Positions 47,274-56,126 of a stretch of DNA of 64,000 bases are shown here, one piece after another (the stretch's first letter is position 1; every line of letters starts with the position of its first letter). A program made the translations under genes and the position numbers. The DNA lies in assembly GCA_964291495.2 (NCBI GenBank), contig OZ219871.1, positions 640,001 through 704,000 of the forward strand, in the 5' to 3' direction. This DNA comes from Dehalococcoidia bacterium. Lineage in GTDB: Bacteria > Chloroflexota > Dehalococcoidia > UBA2979. The notes beneath the pieces are model-generated. The model ran no database searches and was not told the DNA's origin. It saw only the letters and a list, made by a program, of their open reading frames with translations.

Positions 47274-48419
47274 ATGAGCTTGCGAGGACGGACCGCGATC
47301 GTCGGGTTCCATGAGCTGCCCACGAGGCGAGCGTATCCCGGTCGCAACACCTTCAGCGTGCTGGCGGAGGCCGCACGCGGCGCCATCAGCGACGCAGGCC
47401 TCAGGAAGGACGACATCGACGGGCTGATCTGCTCGGAGATCATGCCGATGACGCTCGCCGAGCACCTCAAGCTCAAGCTGCGCTTCACGGAATCGATGAC
47501 CGTGCAGGGCGCGAGCGGGGCGAACTCGATCGCAACCGCGGCGGCCGCGGTCCACGCGGGGCTGGCGAACTACGTGCTCTGCGTCTTCGGCGAGTCGATG
47601 CAGGGCGCGTTCCCCGCCTCCGTGCGTCCGACGGTCGTCGAGTGGGAGGACCCGTACGGGCCCGTGGTCGCGGCCAACGGGCCCTACGGGCTGATCAAAC
47701 AGCGCTACATGTTCGAGTTCGGCACGACGCAGGAACAGTTCGCGAAGTGCTCCGTGGACGAGCGGTTCAACGCCGCGGCGAACGAGAACGCGGTCTGGGC
47801 CGGGCAGCCGATCACCATCGAGGACGTGCTCAACTCGCGCTTCACGAACGACCCCCTGCACCTGCTGGAGAGCGTGATGCCCTGCTCCGGCGCGAACGCG
47901 GTGATCGTCACGTCGGCGGAGCGGGCGAAGGCGCTCCCGAACCCGCCCGTCTACATCCTCGGCGCGGGCGGCCCGGCCACCTCGCACTACGAGATCTGGC
48001 AAGAGGACCACATGACGACCAGCCCGGCGACGGTGTCCGCCCCGACGGCGCTGGACATGGCGCAGTGCAGCATCCGTGACGTCGAGTTCGCGCAGTTCTA
48101 CGACTGCTACACGATCCTGGTGATGATGACCCTCGAGGACGCCGGGATCTGCCCGAAGGGCGAGATCGGCGACTTCTACCAGGGGACGGACACCACGTTC
48201 AAGGGTGAGTTCCCGATCAACACGGACGGCGGTCAGATCGGAGCGGGGCAGCCCGGCGACGCCGGCGGCTTCCGCCACATCGTCGAGGCGACCCGCCAGA
48301 TCATGGGCCGCGCCGGCGAGCGCCAGGTGGAGCGCAGCGACCTCTGCCTGGTCAACGGCTGAGGGGGCTACGCAAGCGTCATGACGACGCTGGTGTTCGG
48401 TTCGAGCGCCACCCTCTAG
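47274..48419 (+). CDS. Thiolase-fold protein with an in-frame TGA at 48360-48362, candidate selenoprotein (ends at 48362 if TGA is a stop)
   Basis: TAIVG, EFGTTQEQFA, PLHLLE, FYDCYT, NTDGGQIG, EATRQIMG, then LCLVNG-TGA-GGYASVMTTLVFGSSATL-TAG. The read-through part aligns with paralog ends such as CVVNG-T-GGDLSVTGTLVL. Confidence 0.8.
48370..48396 (+). promoter_or_regulatory. Candidate bacterial SECIS-like hairpin
   Basis: AGCGTC(48375)-ATGAC-GACGCT(48391) is a perfect 6-bp stem separated from the TGA by 12 nt. It is extended by ACGC/GTGT across an A-G mismatch. Confidence 0.5.
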
Positions 48420-48487
48420 CTCCCACAAGCCAACTCCCGCCCGGGAACAACAAGCATCGAGGACGAGGATGAATGGGCGCCCGCCAC

Positions 48488-48614
48488 TCCCCTCTGGTCC
48501 CCCCGCCCCGAGGGTGAAGGAGGGCCCGACCCCCGAAGTTCCGTTGCGCCATCGGAGCGTTCGGAGGTGGGCGGAAGTCCTCTCCTCACCCCCGCCCTCT
48601 CCCCAGGGAGAGGG
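48488..48614 (-). repeat. REP/REPIN-like dispersed element, copy 1
   Basis: The reverse complement aligns along its length with 63504-63645. It contains the palindrome CCCTCTCCC-CA-GGGAGAGGG. Confidence 0.75.
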
Positions 48615-48635
48615 TGCCGGACAGGGAGGGCACCT

Positions 48636-49346
48636 GTGCATGTGATCGTGACGGGAGCGGCGCAGGGGATTGGCGAGGGCGTCGCGCGACACCTCGCCGC
48701 GGAAGGCCATCGCCTCGTGCTCGCCGACATCCAGGCCGCTGCCGTGGCTGCGGTGGCGCGTGACCTCGGGGCATCGAGCGTCGAGGTCGACATCGCAAGC
48801 CCCGAGAGCGCGCGCGAGATGGCGCGCCGCGCGATCGACACGCTCGGTCACGTGGACGCCATCGTCAACGTCGCAGGGCTCGACGCCCCGCCGGGCACCG
48901 CGCTGACAACCGACGATGAGCTGTGGCGGCAGGTGGTGGACGTCGACCTCTCGGGACCGTGGTGGTGCACGAAGGCGCTGCTCGAACACTTCGTCGAGCG
49001 AGGAGGCGGCCGCGTCGTGATCATCAGCTCCGTCGCCGCCTGGCGCGGGCACGACCGGATCACTCCCGCCTACCACGCCGCCAAGGCGGGGCTCCACGGC
49101 CTCGTGCTGGCCCTCGCGCACCAGCTGGAGCGCTCCGGCATCCTGGTCAACGCGATCGCTCCGGGCGCCACGGGCACCGGGGCGTTTACCGACTGGCCCG
49201 AAGCCGAGCTCGAGCGAAACGCACCGCTCGGGCTGGGCGGCGCCGAGCCGATCGCGCGCATGGTGGCGCACCTGCTGGGCCCCGGCGGCGATTGGATCAG
49301 CGGAGCGGTCCTGAACGTCAGCGGCGGCAACGTCAAGGGTCACTAG
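48636..49346 (+). CDS. SDR family oxidoreductase
   Basis: GTG start after a GGGAGG RBS; VIVTGAAQGIG, NVAG, YHAAK, VNAIAPG, ISGAVLNVSGG. Confidence 0.88.
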   Translation: MHVIVTGAAQGIGEGVARHLAAEGHRLVLADIQAAAVAAVARDLGASSVEVDIASPESAREMARRAIDTLGHVDAIVNVAGLDAPPGTALTTDDELWRQVVDVDLSGPWWCTKALLEHFVERGGGRVVIISSVAAWRGHDRITPAYHAAKAGLHGLVLALAHQLERSGILVNAIAPGATGTGAFTDWPEAELERNAPLGLGGAEPIARMVAHLLGPGGDWISGAVLNVSGGNVKGH

Positions 49347-49399
49347 CGAGGGCCGCGCTGGCGAGCGCCTCTCACCCTCGCGAGTTCGGCAACCTCAGT

Positions 49400-50128
49400 T
49401 CAGGATGCGACGGGTGCGGCCGGCTGGACGACGGCGGGCGCCAGCTCCGGCACCTGCGCCGCGAGTTCCATGCCTTCCTCGATGATCTCGGTGAGGCGCT
49501 GCAGGTCGATCAGCCCGCAGAGCAGCACGGAGCGAGCGGTGACCCTCGCCACGATCAGCCGATCGTGTTTTCTTGCATCGAACCAGGCGACCGGGCTTCC
49601 GACGACCCCGAACACGAACTCCGTCATGAGTTCGAGGTTATCGACCCTCACGGTTCCTTCCTCGCTGGCGAGGTTGAGGTAGCGCCCGTACCAGCCCTGA
49701 AGCTCGCGGCGCTTCTCCCAGAACCCCTTGAAGCGTGGGCGCTGGGCGTCAGGGAGGCGGGCGAGCAGCGCGAGGTTGTACGGCCCCGAGCAGTAGTTGC
49801 GGACATCGAGGTAGGTCAGCGCCCAGAGTCGGGCCGCCCCACTCGCACCAGCGACGTCGAGCAAGCGCGCTACTTGCAATGGAGCGTCGACGGTGCGATC
49901 GAGCAGCTCCGCGAGGATGTCGTCCTTGCGCGCGAAGTAGTGATAGAGCGAGCCCTGGCGCAACCCCGCCGCCTCGGCGATCTCGCGGGTGGTGGTCCCA
50001 CGGAAGCCGTGCTCGGTGAACAGTCGCCCTGCCTCGAGCAGGATGTGCTCCGCCGGCTCGATGTCGAGTGTGCTCTCGACGGCTCGAGGGCGCCCGATAC
50101 GTCGACCGCTCGGCTCGCTGCCGCTCAT
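49400..50128 (-). CDS. TetR/AcrR family transcriptional regulator
   Basis: GRPR, LFTEHGFRGTTTREIAEAAGLRQGSLYHYFARKDDIL. Confidence 0.92.
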   Translation of the reverse strand: MSGSEPSGRRIGRPRAVESTLDIEPAEHILLEAGRLFTEHGFRGTTTREIAEAAGLRQGSLYHYFARKDDILAELLDRTVDAPLQVARLLDVAGASGAARLWALTYLDVRNYCSGPYNLALLARLPDAQRPRFKGFWEKRRELQGWYGRYLNLASEEGTVRVDNLELMTEFVFGVVGSPVAWFDARKHDRLIVARVTARSVLLCGLIDLQRLTEIIEEGMELAAQVPELAPAVVQPAAPVAS

Positions 50129-50376
50129 CGCCCCTCAACCACTACGGCAGGCGCGTCCGATCGCCGCCGGGGGGGCGTGCATGCGCCGTAGGCTTCGAGT
50201 TCGTTCATCTGCGTCTCGATGCGCCGAGGAGGCCAAGTCCCACATCCATTCCGTGGGCCATCGTCACCTCGCGCGCTCGTCATCGTATCAGAGCCTCGCG
50301 AAGGTGCGGATTCTCGTCCACTGCGGCCGGACCGCGATTGCGCGCGTGATCCGATGCTCATCGAGCGCGGGCCGAT

Positions 50377-50405
50377 TTGACAGGCATCTTTCGGGCGATA
50401 GAATG
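50377..50405 (+). promoter_or_regulatory. Promoter TTGACA-N16-TAGAAT overlapping operator motif B
   Basis: GCATCTTTCGGGCGATAGAATG at 50384-50405, between the divergent TetR and DUF1800 genes. Confidence 0.75.
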
Positions 50406-50465
50406 AGCACCACGCGCATCGCCGAGGCGCTGTCGAGTGAGGTTCGAATAGGGGGAGGGGACGGC

Positions 50466-51869
50466 ATGGCCACGCAGACCGAGGTGCGCACCGACGCCGC
50501 GCTGCTTGCCCATCTCTACCGGCGGGCGGGGTTCGGGGCGACGCGCGATCAGATCGACCGCCTCGCCACGCGTGACTATTCCGAGGCAGTCGAGTTCCTG
50601 CTCAATCCCACGCCCGAGACGGGCGTGGCGGACGACCTGGTCGCGCGCTATCTCGGAGGCGAGACGCCACAGGCCTACCTGGCCGCGTGGTTGTTCCGGA
50701 TGATCAACTCGGAGAACCAGCTGCAGGAGAAGATGGCGCTGTTCTGGCACCACGTCTTCGCCACGGGCCTCACCAAGAACGAGCACGCGCTGGCCGCGTC
50801 GACCCAGATCGAGCTGTTCCGGCGCAACGGACTGTCCGACATGCGGACGATCCTGCTCGACCTCTCGCGCGACCCGGCGATGATCTTCTGGCTGGACAAC
50901 AACGAAAACCACCTCGGCGAACCGAACGAGAACTACGGGCGCGAGCTGCTGGAGCTGTTCTCGCTCGGCGTGGGCAACTACAGCGAGATCGACATCAAGC
51001 ACGCCTCTCGCGCGTTCACCGGGTGGACCTTCGAGCAGCCGCTCCCGCTCTACCCGTACGGCTTCTACGACGCCGAGTTCCGCTTCAACCCGGACGACCA
51101 CGACAACGACGAGAAGACGTTCCTCGGCCACACGGGCAACCTCGACGGTGGCGATGTGATCGACATCATCGTCGAGCAGCCCGCCTGCGCCCGGTTCATC
51201 TCGCGGCACCTGTACAACTTCTTCGTCGCCGACGAGGTGCAGGTGCCGAGCTGGAACGACGTTCCGCCGCGCGATCCCGAGCTGATCGAGGCGATGGAGG
51301 CCGCGTTCACGGAGTCGGGCGGCGAGATCAAGCCCGTGCTGCGCGTGATGTTCAACTCCGACTCGTTCAAGAACGCTCGCTTCCAGAAGGTGAAGAGCCC
51401 GATCGAGCTGGTCGCCGGCATGCTCAAGCTGGCCGGGAACGACCAGGACTTCCGGCCCGACCTCTCCGTGTACGTCGCCGTACCGATGGGCGGAGCGGCA
51501 ATGACGACCGTCGCGATGGGCCAGAAGCTCCTCGATCCCCCCACCGTCGAGGGCTGGCACACCGGCAAGGAGTGGATCGACGGCGGGATGCTGGTCGAGC
51601 GCGTGAACTTCGCGGTGGAGGAGATCGGCGACGGCTCCGATCCCGGCATCGCTCGCCTCATCGAGCGGCTCATCGAGAGCGGCGCGCTCGCCACGCCGGA
51701 GGGGCTCGTCGACGGCGCCCTCGATGCGCTGGGCCCGATCGCGGTCGACGAGACCACGCGCGAGGGGCTCCTCAGCTTCGCCGCGGACTCGGCGAGCGAC
51801 GACGACCGCACGCGCGTCCTGCGCATGCTGCGGCTGATCGCCTCCACGCCCGACTTCCAGTTCGCCTAG
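50466..51869 (+). CDS. DUF1800 family protein
   Basis: AHLYRRAGFG, LQEKMALFWH, PAMIFWLDN, PNENYGRELLELFSLG, RAFTGW, PPTVEGW, PDFQFA. Confidence 0.92.
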   Translation: MATQTEVRTDAALLAHLYRRAGFGATRDQIDRLATRDYSEAVEFLLNPTPETGVADDLVARYLGGETPQAYLAAWLFRMINSENQLQEKMALFWHHVFATGLTKNEHALAASTQIELFRRNGLSDMRTILLDLSRDPAMIFWLDNNENHLGEPNENYGRELLELFSLGVGNYSEIDIKHASRAFTGWTFEQPLPLYPYGFYDAEFRFNPDDHDNDEKTFLGHTGNLDGGDVIDIIVEQPACARFISRHLYNFFVADEVQVPSWNDVPPRDPELIEAMEAAFTESGGEIKPVLRVMFNSDSFKNARFQKVKSPIELVAGMLKLAGNDQDFRPDLSVYVAVPMGGAAMTTVAMGQKLLDPPTVEGWHTGKEWIDGGMLVERVNFAVEEIGDGSDPGIARLIERLIESGALATPEGLVDGALDALGPIAVDETTREGLLSFAADSASDDDRTRVLRMLRLIASTPDFQFA

Positions 51870-51896
51870 GCTCCCTGCGACGAAAGGAGCGGCTCA

Positions 51897-53051
51897 GTGA
51901 CGAGCAACGGAAACGGCATCAACGGCAAGGACCCGGTGCTGGTCGTCGTGCAGCTCACGGGCGGCAACGACTTCATGAACACGCTCGTGCCCTACTCCTG
52001 GGGGAGGTACTACGACTACCGCGAGGCCGTACGCATCGAAGAGAACCAGGTCCTGAAGTTCAGCGACGAGCTGGGGTTCCACCCGGCGGCGGCGCCCCTG
52101 AAGGAGCTCTTCGACGCCGGCGACGTGGCGATCGTGCAGGGCATCGGGTACGAGAACTCCAACCGCTCGCACTTCCGCGCGATGGACATCATGCACACGG
52201 CCGAGCCGCACAAGATCTCCACGGAGGGCTGGCTCGCGAAGGCGATCCGCGAACTCGACCCGGAGGGCGAGAACGTGCTGACGGGCGTCAGCTTCGGCCG
52301 CGGGCTGCCCCGCGCGATGGCCGCCCCGGGCGTGCGCGTGACCTCCGTCGGCGACCTCGACAGCTACGGCCTCATGACCTCGGTCGAGATCGAGCAGCAG
52401 CGCGCCCAGGAGCTCGACATCTTCCAGCGCGTCTACACGCCGGCGATCGGCACCGGCGCGACGATGAGCTACATCAGGCAGACCGGCATCGACGTCCTCG
52501 CCGGCATCGACAAGCTGCAATCGATCGCGGGCCAGTACGAATCGTCGGTTGAGTACGCGAGCAACCCGATCGCGCAGAGCCTGCGCGACGTGGCGCGGAC
52601 GCACATCGCGGGCCTCGGCACCCGCGTCTTCTACGTGCGGCACGCCGGCTACGACCACCACGCCGTCGAGCTGCCGCTGCACGAGCGGCTGCTGACCGAA
52701 CTGAGCGGCGCGCTGCGCGACTTCTTCGCCGACCTGCGCGATCACGACGCCTCGGAGGAGGTCGTGGTCTACGTCTTCACCGAGTTCGGCCGGCGCGTGC
52801 CGGACAACGGCAGCGGCACCGACCACGGCTCCGGCGGCGGCGCCTTCATCCTCGGCGACCGCGTCAAGGGTGGGCTGTACGCCGAATACCCGTCGCTCGA
52901 CCCGTCGACCTTTGCGAACGGCGAGGACCTCGCGCACACGTTCGATTTCCGCGGCGTCTACGCCACGCTGCTTGAGCAGTGGCTGAGCGTGGACTCGCAG
53001 GACATCGTGGGCGGCCAGTACGAGCAGCTGCGGCCATTCGTGGCCGCCTAG
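51897..53051 (+). CDS. DUF1501 family protein
   Basis: LVVVQLTGGNDFMNTLVP, NRSHFRAMDI, GYDHH, FTEFGRR, GTDHG, DFRGVYATLL. Confidence 0.92.
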   Translation: MTSNGNGINGKDPVLVVVQLTGGNDFMNTLVPYSWGRYYDYREAVRIEENQVLKFSDELGFHPAAAPLKELFDAGDVAIVQGIGYENSNRSHFRAMDIMHTAEPHKISTEGWLAKAIRELDPEGENVLTGVSFGRGLPRAMAAPGVRVTSVGDLDSYGLMTSVEIEQQRAQELDIFQRVYTPAIGTGATMSYIRQTGIDVLAGIDKLQSIAGQYESSVEYASNPIAQSLRDVARTHIAGLGTRVFYVRHAGYDHHAVELPLHERLLTELSGALRDFFADLRDHDASEEVVVYVFTEFGRRVPDNGSGTDHGSGGGAFILGDRVKGGLYAEYPSLDPSTFANGEDLAHTFDFRGVYATLLEQWLSVDSQDIVGGQYEQLRPFVAA

Positions 53052-53083
53052 CACGGCCGCGCAGGAGCATGGGAGAACGAGCA

Positions 53084-54112
53084 ATGGGTCGGCCCTACGG
53101 ACTGCTGCGAGCAGGCTTCCCTTACGTCAAGTCGCTCGGGATGTACCGGATCACCAACTTCCCGGTCAGTCTCGCGAACAGCAACGGGCGGCTCTACATC
53201 CTGTGCCGGCAGGACAAGGCGTTCGCCGGCGTGCTGGACGCCGTGCGCGTCTACTCGGTGGGCGACGAGGAGCCCGGTATCTCCTTCGGCCCCCTCGGCG
53301 AGGACGAAGGTTCGTTCCGCTGGCCGGTCTCGATCGCGGTGGACCAGGACGAGCGGATCTACATCAGCGACGAGGCGCTCGACCGCATCTCCGTCTTCGA
53401 CCGCGAGGGCGAGTTCCTGCACTGCTGGGGCACGCCCGGCTCGGGCGCGGGCGAGATCCGGCGGCCGGCCGGGCTGGCGTTCGACGCCGAGGACCGGCTC
53501 TACGTGGTCGACTCGATGAACCATCGCGTCCAGAGGTTCACGAAGGACGGGCAGCTCATCGACGGCTGGGGCAGCCACGGCGACGGCGAGGGCCAGTTCG
53601 ACATGCCCTGGGGGATCACGGTGGACGAGCTGGGTGACGTCTACGTGGCCGACTGGCGCAACGATCGCGTGCAGAAGTTCACGAGCGACGGCGAGTTCGT
53701 CCTCGCCTTCGGCCGCTCCGGATGCGGCGACGGCGAGTTCAACCGCCCGACCGACGTGGCGGTCGACCGCGACGGCGACATCTACGTCTGCGACCGCGGC
53801 AACAACCGCGTGCAGCAGTTCAACGAGGAGACTCGCTACATCGACAAGATGCTCGGCGCCGGCACGCTCTCAAAGGCGGCGCGCGAGTACATGCTGTCGC
53901 AAGCCGGCCCGAATCGCATCCGCGACGGGGCGCGCATCGAGACGGAACGCCTGCTGCGACAGCCTCAGGGCATCCTCGTCGACGACGAAGACCGGCTCTG
54001 CATCGCGGACACCGACTCCTATCGCATCCAGGTCTACCAGAAGGAGGTCATCCGGCTGGAGCCGCATCAGATCCTCCCACCGATGCGGTCGGTGACCCTC
54101 CTCTCGGAGTAG
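53084..54112 (+). CDS. NHL-repeat beta-propeller protein
   Basis: Repeated GxGxGEF/QF..P..(I/V)AVD...(I/V)YV.D..N.RVQ.F units. Confidence 0.9.
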   Translation: MGRPYGLLRAGFPYVKSLGMYRITNFPVSLANSNGRLYILCRQDKAFAGVLDAVRVYSVGDEEPGISFGPLGEDEGSFRWPVSIAVDQDERIYISDEALDRISVFDREGEFLHCWGTPGSGAGEIRRPAGLAFDAEDRLYVVDSMNHRVQRFTKDGQLIDGWGSHGDGEGQFDMPWGITVDELGDVYVADWRNDRVQKFTSDGEFVLAFGRSGCGDGEFNRPTDVAVDRDGDIYVCDRGNNRVQQFNEETRYIDKMLGAGTLSKAAREYMLSQAGPNRIRDGARIETERLLRQPQGILVDDEDRLCIADTDSYRIQVYQKEVIRLEPHQILPPMRSVTLLSE

Positions 54113-54134
54113 CGGCAGCACTCCCGGAGGCCTG

Positions 54135-54473
54135 ATGCCGATCATCATCGGTTTCGCCCAGCAGCGACGGCAGTTGCTCGAGTCCGAGATCGCGCGGATC
54201 GCGGGCGAGCTGCCCAGGCTCGGCGTGCTGCGCGCCTGGGTCACCGGAGAGTTCGGGCGAGGGCAGGTTCGCCCCGATACGCCGCTCGAGCTGGTCGTCG
54301 TGCACGACAACCCACAGCCTCCGCGTCGGCGCTCGGACTTCTTCGTCGATCACCTGCGCCCCCGGCTCGCCACCCACTTCACCGTCTACACCCCCGAGGA
54401 AGCCGAGTCGCTCGAGGAACGTGACCGTGTGCTCGTCGAGGCGATCCGGCTCGCCGAGCCGATCGTCGGATGA
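54135..54473 (+). CDS. Minimal nucleotidyltransferase (MNT)-like protein with a degenerate active site
   Basis: RAWVTGEFGRG...DTPLELVVV...VYTPEE aligns with the MNT pattern hFGSxARG...SDhDhhVV...VYTPEE. Directly upstream of a HEPN gene. Confidence 0.65.
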   Translation: MPIIIGFAQQRRQLLESEIARIAGELPRLGVLRAWVTGEFGRGQVRPDTPLELVVVHDNPQPPRRRSDFFVDHLRPRLATHFTVYTPEEAESLEERDRVLVEAIRLAEPIVG

Positions 54474-54476
54474 GGG

Positions 54477-54902
54477 GTGGGTACGATGCCTGACAGCGAC
54501 GCGGCCGCGCACGAGACGGCGCGCTGGCTCGCGCAGGCGCGCATCGACCTCGGCGACGCTCGTGGCTCCGCCGAGGCGAACCGCCACGCGCTCGCCTGCT
54601 TCCTCTGCCACCAGGCGGCCGAGAAGGCCGTGACGGCCTTCCTCTACTCGCGCGGTGTCGAGCTGATCTGGGGGCACGCGCTCGCCGATCTCTGCGAGGA
54701 CGCGATGGCGCTCGACCCCTCGTTCGACCTGCTCAAGTCGAGCGCGGCGCTGCTCGACAAGCACTACCTCGGCGCGCGCTACCCCTCGACACTGCCGGGC
54801 GGCGTCCCGGGCGAGGTCTACGACGCCGAGGACTCCCGGCGCGCGCTCGAGATCGCGGCCGATGCGCTCGAGTTCGTGACGATGCGCCTCGACGAGGGCT
54901 AG
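54477..54902 (+). CDS. HEPN domain-containing protein
   Basis: WLAQARIDL, ACFLCHQAAEKAV.AFL, GHAL..L, LDKHYLGARYP. The start may be ATG 54486. Confidence 0.85.
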   Translation: MGTMPDSDAAAHETARWLAQARIDLGDARGSAEANRHALACFLCHQAAEKAVTAFLYSRGVELIWGHALADLCEDAMALDPSFDLLKSSAALLDKHYLGARYPSTLPGGVPGEVYDAEDSRRALEIAADALEFVTMRLDEG

Positions 54903-56104
54903 CTAAGCTCCTCGTCCGCCTGCGCCAGCGCCGCATCGACGACGCGCCGGGCGGCGCGCGCGTAGCGAGCGACCGCCTCCGCGTCGACGGCAATGTCGAA
55001 GGTGTCGTCGGGCGTGTGGAAGTAGCGGTGATAGCCGAGGAAGGAGGCGTAGCGTCCGCCGGCCTCGTGGATGTTTCGCGCCTCGCCACCCGGCTCCCCT
55101 GGTGTCATCGGCGTTACTGCTGCCAGGTCGATGCCCTCCGCGTCGATCGCGTCGCGCATCACGTCCTGCCAGGCGGCGTTGCTGGCCCCGTACTCCGGCT
55201 CCGGGTAGCGCGCCCCGATCGAGGCGCCGAGGTGCAGCGTCAGCACGGCCCGGCGCACGAGCGCCGTGCGCGAGCGCAACCAGTGCTCGAGTCCCTGGTG
55301 ATGCAGCTCGTGGCCGGAGCTGGCCAGCAGTTGCACCTCGCGGCGTGGCACAACGCGCGCGAAGTGCTCGGCGAGGGCGAGCCAGACCGCGATCCCGCCG
55401 CCGCGCTCGGCAGCGCAGGTGAACCAGCCGGACTTCGGGGTGATCACCAGCAGCGGCGCCGCCCCGGGGTCCGTACCCGCGATGCTGGCGACGACGTTGG
55501 TCGCGGTCGACTGCCGTCGCTCGCCGTCGATCTCGAGTACGCCCGCGACGCCGGCGGCGATCGAAGCCGCGAGGTCGCGGATATCGTCGGGCGCCACCTG
55601 GAGGACCGGCAGCGAGAAGGGCCGGTCGATGTACTCAGCGTTCCGCAGGCGGATCGAGGAGCCCTCGCCGGTGGGGACCACGGCGCCCACGGCCCCCGCG
55701 CCGGCCAGCTCGCCGAACGTCTCGCGCGCACCCGTGGGCGGATTGCCCGCCGGGCCGCGAGCCGCCGCCGAGACGAGCACCACGATCTTGCCGCGGGGGT
55801 CGCGGTCCTCGTCGCTCACGAGCTCGCCCTCGATGCCACCGGCGGGGGTGAAGCCGCCGTCGTACATCGGCACGCCGTCGGCATGGTCCCGAGGGCCGGC
55901 GCCCCAGCTGAGGCGTGCGCGACGGGTCTCGACGCGGGGGAAGGTGAAGCGCTCGGTGTCGGCCGCGACGCCGAGGCGGCCCAGCTCCTCGACGAGCCAC
56001 TCGCTCGTCGCGGCATCGCCCGGCCAGCCGCTGCGGTGAATCCCGAAGCGCTCGTAGGCGCGGATTCGCGCCTCGATCGCCGCCGGGTCGAAGCCGTCCG
56101 TCAC
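54899..56104 (-). CDS. Hypothetical protein, PA-domain/M28 peptidase-like fold
   Basis: GIHRSGWPGD, TATNVVASI, SGWFTCAAERGGGIAVWL, SGHELHHQG, YFHTPDD. Confidence 0.65.
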   Translation of the reverse strand: MTDGFDPAAIEARIRAYERFGIHRSGWPGDAATSEWLVEELGRLGVAADTERFTFPRVETRRARLSWGAGPRDHADGVPMYDGGFTPAGGIEGELVSDEDRDPRGKIVVLVSAAARGPAGNPPTGARETFGELAGAGAVGAVVPTGEGSSIRLRNAEYIDRPFSLPVLQVAPDDIRDLAASIAAGVAGVLEIDGERRQSTATNVVASIAGTDPGAAPLLVITPKSGWFTCAAERGGGIAVWLALAEHFARVVPRREVQLLASSGHELHHQGLEHWLRSRTALVRRAVLTLHLGASIGARYPEPEYGASNAAWQDVMRDAIDAEGIDLAAVTPMTPGEPGGEARNIHEAGGRYASFLGYHRYFHTPDDTFDIAVDAEAVARYARAARRVVDAALAQADEELS

Positions 56105-56126
56105 GATGCCCCCTCGGCAGGCGCAG

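Noticed and set aside
48567-48635. N-terminal extension of the SDR in the ORF track (similar extensions at 3284-3625, 49989-50465 and 58614-59168)
   Set aside because: These extensions translate repeat or intergenic DNA. Downstream starts have RBSs and coincide with the family N-termini.
47265-49343. 692-aa minus-strand ORF spanning the thiolase, repeat and SDR
   Set aside because: Antisense mirror frame with no motifs. It runs through the REP-like element.
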